Source: Monocercomonoides exilis PA203
Lineage: Eukaryota > Protista > Preaxostyla
Assembly: GCA_001643675.2 (NCBI GenBank)
Contig: LSRY02000008.1
Location: forward strand, 682,001 to 746,000
Reading direction: 5' to 3'
DNA: 64,000 nt
The translations under genes were made by a program, and so were the position numbers. Shown piece by piece: positions 50,571-63,510 of this stretch. Position 1 is the stretch's first letter. The number at the start of each line of letters is the position of its first letter. Below the pieces are notes generated by a model. It searched no databases. It saw only the letters and a program-made list of their open reading frames with translations, and was not told the origin of the DNA.

Positions 50571-52426
50571 AAGTGTATTTCCTTTCCACTTTCGTTCTGA
50601 TGCTTTTGTAACATTTCCTTGAGCCAACGCATTGCATCTGTTGCTCCATCATTATCTGCAACAACAACAACAAATTCATCAAATTTCATCCATTCCGGTA
50701 ATTCAGTTTCAACAAAAAATTCCCAATAATCTGCCATTGTACATCTTCTCTTATCTTTCAATGAATTACAATGTCTCATCCATTCTGGGGGTTCAGTTTC
50801 AGTGAACTGAATCCACATCATCGCCATCGTTAGGCCGTCTTTGTTACGTAGAATGATGTCATGCCTCATCCATTCTGGAGGTTCTGTTTTGACGTCTTGA
50901 ATCCAAAGCATGGCCATTGTTAATCCGTTCTTATCATAAACTGTGATACTGTGTCTCATCCATTCTGAAGGTTCTGTTTTGACATTTGAAATCCATATCA
51001 TAGCCATTGTTGCTCCTTTATTGTTGCGAAGTGTGATGTCATGTCTCATCCACTCTGGTGGCTCTGTTTTGACTTCTTGAATCCACTTCATTGCCATCGT
51101 CCATTCATTCTTGCTGGCAAGTTTAATATCGTGTCTCATCCATTCTGGTGGTTCTGTTTTAACATATTCGATCCAATGCATGGCCATTGTCTGTCCTTCC
51201 TTGTCTACAACTTCATTGTTGTGTCTCATCCATTCTGGTGGTTCTGTTTTGACGTGATAAATCCATATCATAGCCATTGTAGCTCCGCTACTGTTACGAA
51301 GTGTGATGTTATGTCTCATCCATTCTGGTGGCTCTTCATTAACATAGATAATCCATATCATAGCCATTGTTGATCCATAGTTGCTGCGAAGTGTTATGTC
51401 ATGCCTCATCCACTCTGGTGGGTCTGTTTTGACATGATTAATCCATATCATAGCCATTGTTGATCCGTCTTTATCAGCAAGTGAAATATCGTGTCTCATC
51501 CATTCTGGAGGTTCTGTTTTAACACGATAAGTCCACAGCATGGCCATTGTTAATCCGCCCTTATCAGCAAGTGAAATGCCATGCCTCATCCATTCTGGTG
51601 GTTCTGTTTTAACATGATAAGTCCACAGCATGGCCATTGTTGATCCGTTATTGCTGCAAAGTGTGATGTCATGTCTCATCCATTCTGGTGGATCGGTTTG
51701 AACAAATTGAATCCATAGCATGGCCATTGTTGCTCCGTTATTATCAACAAGTGTAATATCGTGTCTCATCCAATTTGGTGGTTGTGTCTTCACATTTTCA
51801 ATCCAGAACATAGCCATAGTTGATCCAAAATTGCTGCGAAGTTTTATGTCGTGTCTCATCCATTCTGGCGGTTCTGTTTTTACATTATAAATCCAATACA
51901 TGGCCATTGTCAAGCCAAAATTATCAGCAAGCGTAATATCATGTCTCATCCACTCTGGTGGTTCTGTTTTCACAAACAGAAACCAATGCCTGGCCATTGT
52001 CAACCCCAACTCATCAGCAAGTGTGATGTCATGTTTCATCCACTCTGGCGGTTCTGTTTTCACAAACAGAATCCAATGCATGGACATTGTCCGGCCCATT
52101 ATATTGGAAAGTGTAACATCGTGTCTCATCCATTCTGGCGGTTCTGAATGGACAAACCGAATCCACAGCATGGCCATCGTCCAGCCATCTTTATCAGCAA
52201 GCGTAATATCATGTCTCATCCATTCTGGCGGTTCTGTATGGACCAATTCAATCCATAACATAGTCATCGTATAACCATCCTGATCACAAAGCGTAATATC
52301 ATGCCTCATTTCCGATGGAGGATCTGTCTTTTTCTCAACAATCCATCGCATTGCTTCTGTTCTTCCATCCTTGTCCCTTTTCAATGGATCACTTTTTAAT
52401 TTTTGCATATCTTTTTTGCATTCCAT
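50540..52426 (-). CDS. 30-aa tandem-repeat (ankyrin-like) protein, 628 aa from ATG 52426, 19 units plus tail
   Basis: Intronless ORF with the same repeat. The first in-frame ATG (MECKKD) is at 52426. Confidence 0.9.
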   Translation of the reverse strand: MECKKDMQKLKSDPLKRDKDGRTEAMRWIVEKKTDPPSEMRHDITLCDQDGYTMTMLWIELVHTEPPEWMRHDITLADKDGWTMAMLWIRFVHSEPPEWMRHDVTLSNIMGRTMSMHWILFVKTEPPEWMKHDITLADELGLTMARHWFLFVKTEPPEWMRHDITLADNFGLTMAMYWIYNVKTEPPEWMRHDIKLRSNFGSTMAMFWIENVKTQPPNWMRHDITLVDNNGATMAMLWIQFVQTDPPEWMRHDITLCSNNGSTMAMLWTYHVKTEPPEWMRHGISLADKGGLTMAMLWTYRVKTEPPEWMRHDISLADKDGSTMAMIWINHVKTDPPEWMRHDITLRSNYGSTMAMIWIIYVNEEPPEWMRHNITLRNSSGATMAMIWIYHVKTEPPEWMRHNNEVVDKEGQTMAMHWIEYVKTEPPEWMRHDIKLASKNEWTMAMKWIQEVKTEPPEWMRHDITLRNNKGATMAMIWISNVKTEPSEWMRHSITVYDKNGLTMAMLWIQDVKTEPPEWMRHDIILRNKDGLTMAMMWIQFTETEPPEWMRHCNSLKDKRRCTMADYWEFFVETELPEWMKFDEFVVVVADNDGATDAMRWLKEMLQKHQNESGKEIHLKLKIESGRE

Positions 52427-53066
52427 TTTATCGCTCAACGCTTCGATTTCGCTGCTCGTCCTGCAATACAAGCAGAAAAAATGTCAATCGTTAAAAAGTA
52501 TTATTTGAAATATATATTATATATTTGATCATAAATGAATAAAATATTGAAATACTGTTTATCAACTTAAAATAAATAAGAAAATGAGCATAAAGTGATT
52601 GCATGATTTTTGGCAGTGTTGCATTTTGTTAATCAAACATTTTTTTCAAAACAGAAAAAATTTTCATATTAAATATTCAAAATTTTATTTTTTTTGACTA
52701 TCATTTTACAAATTATAAGTGAATGAAAATGAAAAGCCAAGTTGTGAAAAATAGCAAACCTGTGAATTAATGATGAGTCTTCAATTTTCTGCTCTTTTGC
52801 TTTTGCACCTAAACTCTCAGAAACACTCTTAAAATTGAGTTCAGTCATTTCTTTTCACCAATTCATTTCTTTTTTATTTTTCATTCACATTTCAAATCTC
52901 TTCAGGGATGAATTCATTTGGAACAGCCACAACAAGAGTTGAGTGAGTGAGTGTGTGTGTGTGGCAGAAGAGAAGGGAAAGATGAATGCCATTCATCCAC
53001 TTGGACAACTGAAAAGAAGAAGAAACAAACAAACAAACAAATAATAATAATAATAATAATAATAAT

Positions 53067-56000
53067 GGATGAAATTTGAATAAGAAATTTCAATTCGAAT
53101 AACTTCATTTTATTCGAAAAAAATATAAGTTTATTTGAATAAGGCACACTTTATTCAAATAAACTCACTTCACTCAACGATTCCCAACTTCATTTGAGTT
53201 TCTGTTTTGTTATGTATTCATGAAGAACAGAATAATGAACATTATAATTTGAATGTTAGATAAAAATTATTTTTATGTGTTTTTAACTTTTGTGAAAAAG
53301 TGAAAAGATGATTTCTTTTTTCTGAAATTCAAAAAAATGAACACATTGGTTATTATGCATTTTAAAGAAATTCCAAACATGCAAACTTTATAAAAACATT
53401 AATTAGAAACAATTTTTGACTTTTTTCTAACTATGTGAAATTGTAAAAAACGAAAAATAATAAAAATATGGAAATGCTTTATTACAAATGTTCGATATTT
53501 GGCTAACACAACAATTGATCATTATGCAAGCGAAATGCATGGAGCTAACAATTTCTTTTAAAGCGGATGATAATTTACTTTTATACGCAAATTCTTGATG
53601 GAATGTTAAATAAAGATTAATAGTTAAATTGTGCCTTCTTGGCGCATTGATGCAGTGTTGATCTTGAAATATGCAGATACGAACGAGAAATAATGCTTTA
53701 TGTTTGTATAGAATGTTTGTTTTTGAAAGATGTTGAATTTATTGAAATACATCATTTGCACGTTCGTGTTTAAATTAAGGCTTCAAAATGAAAAATGCAG
53801 AACAAAAAGAATGAGCAACACAGAGAGATATACTTTGTTGCTTTGAAAAGGAAGAAATCCATTTGCTCCAAGATGAGGAAAAGTGAAGAAATAATTTATG
53901 AATGAAAGAAAGGCAGATGAAAAAAGGGAGATATCCAAAGATTGAGAGTGCAGCAAGATAGCACAAAACACATGTCATTTGATCTTAATGATGAAATGTT
54001 AAAGTTGAAAGATGTTTTGATCGAAACAAAGGAAATGAAAGAGGAAAAAGAGGAAAGGAAGAAACAGAAATGAATTGTCATATGTTTTCTATTTTTGTTG
54101 GCAAGAGGAAAAAAGGCACTCCGGACGTTTGAAGGATTCACTGGTTACTGTTCCAAAAAATAAAGTCACAGAAGCAAAAGACACAAGCATGAAGAAAAGG
54201 ATTCCATTGAATTTCTCTGTAAATAGTTTTTTAATATTCATCTTCACAATCAATAGCTAATCGACTCATTCAACTCGTTGGCCGACTTTTTCTTCAATGA
54301 ATTGAAGCCTAATCACACAAATTCTTCGACTGCTTCATCATTCATTTCGTCTGATAGAATATCTTCGATTTTTGCATCTGTGTCAGAGGTAACAAGAGAA
54401 ATGAAAAGGAAGCAAAGCGACCGACCTTGGTAATGATGTTTTATTCTGAAAATGATAATGAGTATTTAAACAAATGGCAAATGAAGACAGGCAAGAAAAC
54501 CAACTTAAAGCTTGTGAACCTGCTTTTCATCTGGAATTGGAGCTTAGCAGACTTCATCTTTTGCGGATAACATAGCAAGCATTCTGTGGAATCTGTCTGA
54601 TGCCTCATGGCCTCTGTGGGATTTTTGTTCGAATCAACAAAATGAGCAGATGACAGCAACTACAACATTTTCCATTTCTGAATTGATCTTTTCACATATT
54701 CCACATTTTATTCATCTGATGTTAGACCAGAACGATTATTCAGTCATCATAAGCATAACTTCTTCATCTTCTAATTTCAACACAACTTTTTAAGAAACCC
54801 TGTTCCATCTGTTTCCATCACTCGAGAATGGCGATCTTTCGCGGCTGGTTGATCTTTCTGATCCGAATGTGGATGCTGTGTTTGTGGATCCAATGGAGCT
54901 GCTGTACGACACGAAAGCCTATTTCAAAAAGCTTCTTGTGGCAGGGGCAGCGCAGCAGTCGTCTCTTCGCTCAGCGCCTTCGTCTTCTTCAACAGGAACG
55001 GCACGCTGATCAACTTCGACATTTCGGAGGCGGAGAAGCGAAGAGAAGAAAGTGACAGGAGATGATAAGCCATCATCAGCACCTGCGATTGACCATTCGG
55101 ATGCATCTGCGGTGGCGGCGTCAAACAAGTCGGCTGGAGCGATGGACGATATCGAGAGGCAGCTGGGGTGTATGAAAATCACAAGAAGTCGTAACTGAGG
55201 GAGCAACATACGCTCATGGATATGTTGTGGCTCGGCGGAGAGTGCTGTATGGGGGTGTTGTGTGTGCGTACGATGTGGCGCTTTCAGCGATGCTTTTGGT
55301 TCCGCTGGTCGCCCCGCTTCCGTCGCTTGCAGCGTCGGTGGGCACGAAGTTGGGGAGCAAGCGGATCTTTGCAGCGGCAGATGTGAATGTGTTCCCGTCA
55401 ATCTTCGATCTGTTTGACCCTTCAATGCAGATATGGTGATCGTCTCAGATGTAATGTTTGGTGGTGAAGCAGGATTACGAAGTGATGGGGCGAGGGGTTA
55501 CAGCGTGAAAAGTGGGGGAGATTGTGCAGAAGGGGCCGGAGGCTGTGGGGCTGAGGATGGAGGATAAAAGATGAAGTTCTCCAACATGCAGCGATTACGC
55601 TGTCAATACTGGAGGAAAGAGAGCAAGCTGAAAAAGGTGGAGCAGAAGAGGATAAAGATAAAGAAAAAGAGGATTTGAAGTAAATTATTAATGAATATGA
55701 ATTACAAAAGCAGAAGGAAGAAATAATGAGATGGATTTATGAGATCCAGGAGAGGAGTGGATGCGTAAATTAAGCATCATCAAAGGAAGATTTGAAATAT
55801 TCAGAGGAGAAACGGTAGAAATAGGAAGAAAAGGCAAAGAAGAAAAGAAAGAAAAGTCTGTGGGAATATGGTGTATGGAATTTATTTGAAGGAAAAAAGG
55901 GAGAAGAGATGAAAGGGAGCAAATGTTGGTAATCTCTTTTCCAAAAGTTCCGATATTTCAAACTCTTTTCGTTGGAATTGATGATCTGCATTCTTCAAAT

Positions 56001-57412
56001 GGGGATTAAGTGAAGGAATTACCACTGAAGAAAACATTATTCCATCTGCCACAAGAGCGTTGTTGTTATCGAAGAAACAGAAAGAGATGAATTTGAATCC
56101 GCTCATCTAATCATTTATTCTGGTGCAATGAATATTTGCACCACCATAGGAAGTTGAAGTGCTTGTCAATTTGTTGTTGATGAACTGGCACTCTTGGAGC
56201 AAATATTGAAGAGGTATTACTGGTGGAGGATAATTAAATGTGACTGCACCAGCAGCATCACCACCAGTATTTGCAAAACTGATTCATTTCGAAAACAGGA
56301 ATTGATCATCTGATTACATGTTATTGAGACCAAAATACCACTCAGTTCCAACACTTCTTGTTATTGAACGACTTTCCACACAATTTTCTGAGAATGACCA
56401 ATCAGAATTGGATTGAGGATATATTATTTCTGAAGCTCCTCCATGCAAAGCATATCAACTTGTGAAATTGGATTTTTCAATGTTGATATTTAACAAATAT
56501 ATGCGGAATATCGCTCCACCACAACATCCATTTAATGTGGTTGAACAATTGTGAAATGAACAAGAAGCGATTTCGAGATTTGCATTTGTGCAGTTGACTT
56601 TCAGAGCACCTCCGTGATCACTTCCGCAATTTGAGTCATTCCATTTGCACCATTCAAAGAGATAGCTATTCAAATCAGAAAAGGATAATCGACTAAATTA
56701 ATTTCTTTGAGATTCTGTTGCAACATGAACCACAGGGGCATTTGGAGAAGAACGTGTTTGGTTGAGAAAGGAAGTGTTGAAGGCAGAAAGAGAAGTTGAT
56801 GGGCTGTTGGGATTGGGGAGGATAACACTATCGATGTGGTGACAAGTATGGAGGATGAGAGAGAAAATAATGCAAAAAGAATGGAGATATGAAGAAGAAA
56901 AAGAAGAAAACAAAGGCTTGTTCATAAGCTTCCAAATTGCATTAAGTGCATTTTTACAGTTATTTATGTTTTAGACAATGAAACTGTTCGGAGCATTTCA
57001 CTTTTCCTCTCAACATTTTTATCCTAATGAAAATCGTATCATTTGTGCTTTTTTTCAAAATAAACACAAAAATATAAGCGAAACAAATTGTCAACTCACA
57101 AAATTTTTATTTATTTTGTATTTGAAGCTCATTTTTTTTTTTGCAATTTTGCACATTTCCAATAAAAGACAAAAAGATCAAAAATGTTGTAATAATTGGG
57201 TTATAAATACTTTAAAAAACAACACCAAATGAACCAATTAGCAATTTTGAAAAATGTTATATAATTTTTTAATACTTTTCCAGGATGGATTTCAGTGTTA
57301 ATTTGAATAAAAATGCTTCATTTAAAAATAAACCAACTTCATTTAAAATAAACTCACTTTATTTGAATAAAGCCAATTCATTTGAATTGAAGGAGTTTAT
57401 TCAAATTTCATC

Positions 57413-57413
<1 letters not shown>
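53067..57413. mobile_element. TIR element 1 (4.35 kb) inserted in (AAT)n, carrying host gene fragments
   Basis: Ends GGATGAAATTTGAATAA ... TTATTCAAATTTCATCT, subterminal TTTATT[CT]GAATAAA arrays, AAT repeats abutting both ends. Confidence 0.72.
56100..56925 (-). pseudogene. Decayed GGA-motif beta-helix protein gene (cargo of TIR element 1)
   Basis: MNKPLFSS.. hydrophobic leader, then SYLFEWCKW..HGGALKV..CSFHNC..GGAIF, with frameshifts. Confidence 0.6.

Positions 57414-57491
<78 letters not shown>
57414..57491. repeat. (AAT)26 microsatellite between the two TIR elements
   Basis: Seen directly in the sequence. Confidence 0.95.
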
Positions 57492-57492
<1 letters not shown>

Positions 57493-60400
57493 GATGAAAT
57501 GCGAATAAAAAGTTTTAATTCGAATGATCTGACTTTATTCGAATAAAACCCCTTATAATTGAATGAGAGGCAGTTTATTCAAATAAACGTCTGCTTTCTC
57601 GAATCAACCATGAAAGATTCGAATAAAAATTTTAGAGATATGATAATAAAAATATTGTGCAAGTTTTCGATGTTTTTCATGCGTTATTCACAATTTATAA
57701 ATAATTAAAAACAAGTGATCAAACATTTTTTTCGTGAAATTTGGAGAAATATTGTTTTATGAAGATTATTAATTTATAATTTTCATGATTCATTTCTTTA
57801 TTAGCATTTTTAATCACAAAATTTGAGGTTTTTTATTGAATAATCTTCTTAAACAACTTTGATCACAACATAAGTTGGAATGTTTCATGAAAATTTCTAT
57901 TTCTTCTTCTTTTCACATTAGAACGAATATTTCATGTTGAAAAGGTTATTCACCAAACTGACTGATAATGTATTTTAATATATTCTTCTTTATTTTGCGT
58001 TTATCTTGTTTCACAATCTTCATTTTTCGATTATGATTTTTTGTAATTATTATCCTTAATTTTTCGATTATGATAGTTATTTAACAAAAAAGCCGTTTGC
58101 ATATTAGCATGCTCGTCCAATTGCCGGATGGTTAACAATGCAATTTCTTTTATGTTTCAATGTTTACACGAATAAATAAAGTCCATTGGAAAATAAATAT
58201 ATTTCTTTATCTTCAAATATTTCGAACAATTCGACATGAATAATAGTTTGAAAACTTCTTTTGATAAAAATATGGATGTGTCAATTGTTTATTTACTTTG
58301 ATTCATTTTTTTTTCATTGCGAAAATATATTTCATTTTTTTTAGCATAGCTTTTGCATTTTATCCACTCAATATCATGAGTTATTTTTCTGTCAACTTTG
58401 TTTTCTAATACACCCAGCCACTCATTCTCGTTCCAGTGAAATTCATCCACCGGATCAGTACAGAGATGTTATATTTTACCCGTTATTAGCTGCTCAAATT
58501 ATTATTCACAGAACCGCCATTTTCTGCACTGCTCGACACACACCTACACATTTGTCTTGTTCACAACAACTTCCACCTCACCTTCTTCCCTGCTCCAAAT
58601 AACAGACGACTTGTTCGCTGTTTGCAAAATACCTGCCTAAGCCGATCTGAAGATGGTAATTGATGAAGGGTGATTGAGAGAGCTGTTAGAACTGCTTGCT
58701 GCTTCGAAAATGGAGCAGTTGGACAGGCTGCATGAAGAAATGTGGATGGCATCGAATGTGCCTGCTGATCCTGCATGCAGCAGAAACATCGAGCACAGGA
58801 AATGGGCGTTTGTCGACTCAAACTGTGTGCAGGTGAGACTTCCCGCTTCCACAACAGCAAAGGAATAAGCACCAAACTCAGCGACACTTGTGTGTGGCTC
58901 AAAAGCACACTTGTCCAGAGCCAATGAACCCTGCTTGCTGAGGATGATTGCACTGGCTTCGTTGCTGAACACATTGACAACTTGGAGGGAGATCCCTGAC
59001 AGGGAGAGGCTTCAGCTGTTCAGGAGAAATGGGTTGGATCTCTAGCTATCTTCCTGGAACAGCAGCACTGACCGCGCTGCTTCCTCGCTGGGCAACGACT
59101 GGCAGGTGAAGTTCGACAAGTCGGCGGGACGGCTGATGGCTGTTGAGCAGCCGATGCTGATCGTTTTGTGTGCAGCCGAGGCGTCGATGTGCTCGAAGCC
59201 AGTCACAAAGGATCGGCAGGGATCGTTCGGCGATCCACACCGGGCAATGTCGAATCCGGCATCCGACAGGTGGATCTCACTGGATGAGTACGAAATAAGG
59301 AAGCAGAACAGGTCAGCATCTCAAAATGTTTGGTCGCTCCCTACAAACTCATGCGGATCATTGAAAAACAGTTCGTATGGGAAGTTGAAGATGGCTGAGG
59401 TGACATTCGCACTGATATTAAAGCAGTCCACATATATGCACATGCCATTTGCTGCATCTTTATTCGCAAAGGTGACTGACTCGAAAAGGAATGGCTGCAT
59501 GGCTGGATCTTCTTCTGTGCTCTTCGCATACAGAACATTTCTTCTGTCTGCTTTGTTATTGTTCCATCCGTTGTTAAACTCTCACAAAGCTGCACTCAAA
59601 TGGTGTTCGCTTGGAAGAATCACTCCAATCAGTTCACTTTCATCACAATCCAAGGTTCAGCTCTCTTAAAATACACTTGCGTTCATCTCCACAGATCTTC
59701 AGATGCGCAGGAGAGATAAAGAGGGAGCAAAAGCATAGACACGCATCCTTCCGTCTGTACGCTGCATCCTTCAGCACGGACAAGTGCGCCTTCAACCTGA
59801 GGAGAGCTTGCTGGAGCAAACGTCTTGCTATCAAGCAGAAGTCGATCTCGAGATGTGGAGGAAGACATGAGTCGGAGTTACGAAGAAAGGAATTTTTGAC
59901 AACAGAATATTCAGTACAGATGAAGCTCTGTATATCTGTGATTAGGACAGTACAATGGTGGGTTCCAACGAGTGCGACTGAAGAAAATTATAATATCGCC
60001 TTTTCAGAGCTGCTGGAGGAAACTGATAAAAATTTTAGGTCAAACCCGTTTTGGACAAGCTCCGATTCCTCGAAAGCAAGCGTCTTGCCTGCTGAACCTG
60101 AATTAATGTTCAGCATGCATCACCAGAACGATGCTCAAAGACGTATGTCTGAACCGCACCCCAGGATATCGAAGCCGTTTGGAGGGATACAGGTGCTAGA
60201 GAACACGTCATTTCACATTCCCTTAATTTCTGAATAGCATAAGAAAAAATGAGAAAAAACTCATTTTGTTGAATATATCAGAGTTTTCCCAGCTATTCTA
60301 CAGAATTCAACACCTCCGTTTTAATGACACTTATTGAATTTTCATTTTTCATTAAAGAATTAACTTTTTTCTCAATAAGTTCATTTGAACTTATGTTCAC

Positions 60401-60826
60401 AAACGTGCTTTTGAACACATATTAAAGTCAGTTGTTTGTCGTATGTTTCGTTTTATCAATAAAAAATATTTCTTTCAGGAAAACTATTCTTAAAATTTTT
60501 AACAATTTTTAAAAGGAGCAAACATATTTTTATTATCCGATTTTTCAGATTTTTAAAGTGAATTCGCAAAATGAAATGTGAAATGAATGAAAATTGTTAT
60601 TAAAATATTCAATTCACATTTTAAAACATCTTTGAAACATCAAAATGTTTTGCATTATTTCGCATTTTGATCGAAAAATCCCATAATAAAAAATAACTCA
60701 AATAAAGTGCTCAGTTTTCAAATAAACATGGTTTATTCGAATAAACTGCCTGTATTTGAAATAAAGGCTATTTATTCGAATAAACTATCTTTATTCAAAT
60801 AAAAATGTCTTTTTCGAATTTCATCC
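57492..60826. mobile_element. TIR element 2 (3.3 kb) inserted in (AAT)n, carrying a host gene fragment
   Basis: Ends GGATGAAATGCGAATAA ... TTTTCGAATTTCATCC, ~110-bp imperfect TIRs sharing AGGCAGTTTATTC[AG]AATAAAC, AAT-type flanks. Confidence 0.72.
58400..60265 (-). pseudogene. Decayed large surface-protein gene fragment (cargo of TIR element 2)
   Basis: Minus-strand motifs GFDILGCGSDIR and GFDIARCGSPNDPCRSF (DxxxCG..PC repeats) plus beta-strand repeats, with multiple stops. Confidence 0.6.
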
Positions 60827-60945
60827 AATAATACTAATAATAATACTAATAATACTTATAATAATTATTATTATAATAATAATAATAAAAGGTGCTGAAG
60901 AAGAATTCGATAGAAATGAAATGAAATATATTCGTTTCGAAGAAC

Positions 60946-63510
60946 TTTTTTCATCATCAAAATTGTGAATGAAAAATTGAATGAAGGCTCATTCAACGAT
61001 TGATCTGCAGAGACAAAGGAAAGAAAATGAAACAATTTTTGATTCAATTTGGCTGCTCGCAGAAGTGAATGGCATAAATGCATTTGAAGATCGATGCTCT
61101 GACCCACCAGGAAGTGAGAGGAAAAAGAGGAAGATAAAGATGAAGCAGAAGAAGAAGCAGAAGAAGAAGAAGAAGAAGAAGAAGAAGAAGAAGAAGAAGA
61201 AAGTCTGGGGTTAATGAAAGAGTGGAGAAAAAAAGAACTTGGGGGAAAATGGTTATATTGATGATGAAGATGAAGGAGATGAAGGAGATGAAGGAGATGA
61301 AGGAGATGAAGGAGATGAAGGAGATGAAGGAGATGAAGGAGATGAGAGAGATGGAGAAGGAAGCGAAGATGCTGATGGTGCTGTCGAAAGTGAAACAATA
61401 GACAATAAGCGAGAAGAAGGAGGTGTTCAAGAAGATGGCTGAGAAGCAGAAGAAGAACAAAGCAGTCTGAAAAATGATGATCCACAAGGGGAAAAAGCTT
61501 TTCTTGTTGAACTTTGCACAGATGTGGCTGTTTGGGAAGATTTAGAGGAAGGAGTTCAACAAAAACGAGGCATTCGTTCTTCTTGTTCTTCAACACGGTG
61601 CTTGAAAGGGCAGAGGAGAAGAAAATCAAGATGTTATTTGGAGAGTCTGAGAAGATGCAGTCAAAGATGGGAGTGGCTGATGTGTTTGTGTTTCTGGGGT
61701 TTCTGCTGAATAATAACAGGACAAAAGAAGATAAGCAGAAAGTGGAGATAAATTCAATGAATGATGTCTCATGTTCTGGTGACCCATCCACTTCTTCCTC
61801 TTCATCGTCTTCATCGTCTTCATCGTCTTCATCGCCTTCATCGCCATTGTTGGTGGCTGGTTGGTCATCGTGTTCGATGAGGCGAATTCTTTTCTGTGTG
61901 TTCCATTGGCAGACTCCACAGACACACCCTGTGTTGTCGTTGAGGATCTTCTGTGATGCATCCAAGCTGCTTTTGTTTTCTCTGCCTTTTCCTTCGTATC
62001 TGTGCTGGAGACATGTCTTTGCCACGATTTCTTCATGCTGCTCATTAGCCATCTAGATGTGTGTGTGTGTGTGTGTGCAAAGAAGATTATTTGAGAGCGC
62101 TTCTGTTTCCTTCAGAGGACAATCCGATTGAAAAGAGAGAAAACGCCAACATTTTGAGCAACTGATGAAGGTGCTGGACAACCAGGCGTGTATGCTTTTA
62201 ATGATGCCTGTGGGAGGGTATTGGCAGAGGTGGAGGTGAAGTGGTGGGGATTGGGCTGAAGCAGCCGGTAGAAGCTGTTTGAAGCTGAACAGCCGGTGGC
62301 ACCAAAGAAAGAAGGGCAGCTGATGGTGTTTTGGATGGCGATGATGCTGGCAGAGCTTGTTGCAATGCAGTTTTGGAGGAATGATGAAAAAATAGAGATC
62401 TGCTTTTCGGTTGCCTCGATCTAATGGGCAGAACGTTGAGAAGATTCACAAGGATATGGCGAGGGGAGAAGCAGAGGGAGAAGGAGTTCTGTCTTACCAT
62501 CTGTTTCATAACAATCATCATCCTCTTCTTCTTCCTCTTCCTCTTCCTCTATTTCTTCTTCCTCTTCCTCCTCTTCTTTCTCTCTTCAATTCCCTTTTCT
62601 CTCTTTTCTTTTTTTAAATGCACACACTTTTCCATCTTCTTCAACTATCTTCTTCTCTCTCCGGCTCCTGTTTCGAAAAGCGCACATTTTCATTCAAAAT
62701 ATTTTTCGAATGAAATGAATATTTCTTGAATCCCAAAAAAAGTGTTTCTTTCTTTAACACATATATCTGAGCAAAACACATAGAAAGAAAAAGATGATGA
62801 TGAAGGTGAAGAAAAAGATGAATGAGATGAAGGAGATGAAGGAGATGAAGAAGAAGAAGAAGAAGAAGGTGAAGAAGGTGAAGAAGGCGAAGAAGGTGAA
62901 GAAGGTGAAGAAGGCGAAGAAGGTGAAGAAGGTGAAGAAGGTGAAGAAGGTGAAGAAGGCGAAGAAGGTGAAGAAGGTGAAGATGATGACAATGGTGTTG
63001 TTGAAGACGAAGAAACACTTAAGATTTCAAGTATCGGATATATTCTGTAAGAGGATATCCTTAACATAACATCCACGTTCTCTGCTCTTGTGGATAACGC
63101 TTCAATGATGGAATTCCAACGGCGATAGCAAAATGATTCGGATCCATTAAACCTGTCATTTGCCTCCAGCTGCCTGTATAACGCCAAAATGACAGATTAA
63201 CTCGTATTTGTGGCTCTCAAATCAAGGAATCAAATCCAGTTCCATCCCTCTCCTAAGTCCATAAAAGCAATGTTCTTTCCTTTCGATACGAAGAAATGTG
63301 CCTTGTTCTGCTGTAGCTGCTGCCAATCTCCTGTTTCAGTCATCTGCCCCAATCTCTCCAACAAATGAGTTTGAAAATATCTCCTCTCTCTTCAAAAATC
63401 GCTTCCTTTTCAGAGAGATTGGGCGTTCTTCCTTTTTAGCTTTGAATATCTTCCAATCCCATGAATAACCGCTTCATCAAAATTCATTTTTCATCGTTTT
63501 TCTATCCATC
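60946..63510 (-). other. Low-complexity Ser-rich hypothetical gene region (structure unresolved) with 9-bp minisatellites at ~61270-61345 and ~62860-62980
   Basis: Long ORF segments with SSP repeats and frame changes; (GAAGGAGAT)n and (GAAGAAGG[TC])n arrays. Confidence 0.35.

Noticed and set aside
57285-57497. 70-aa poly-Asn ORF
   Set aside because: Translation of a TIR plus the (AAT)26 tract.
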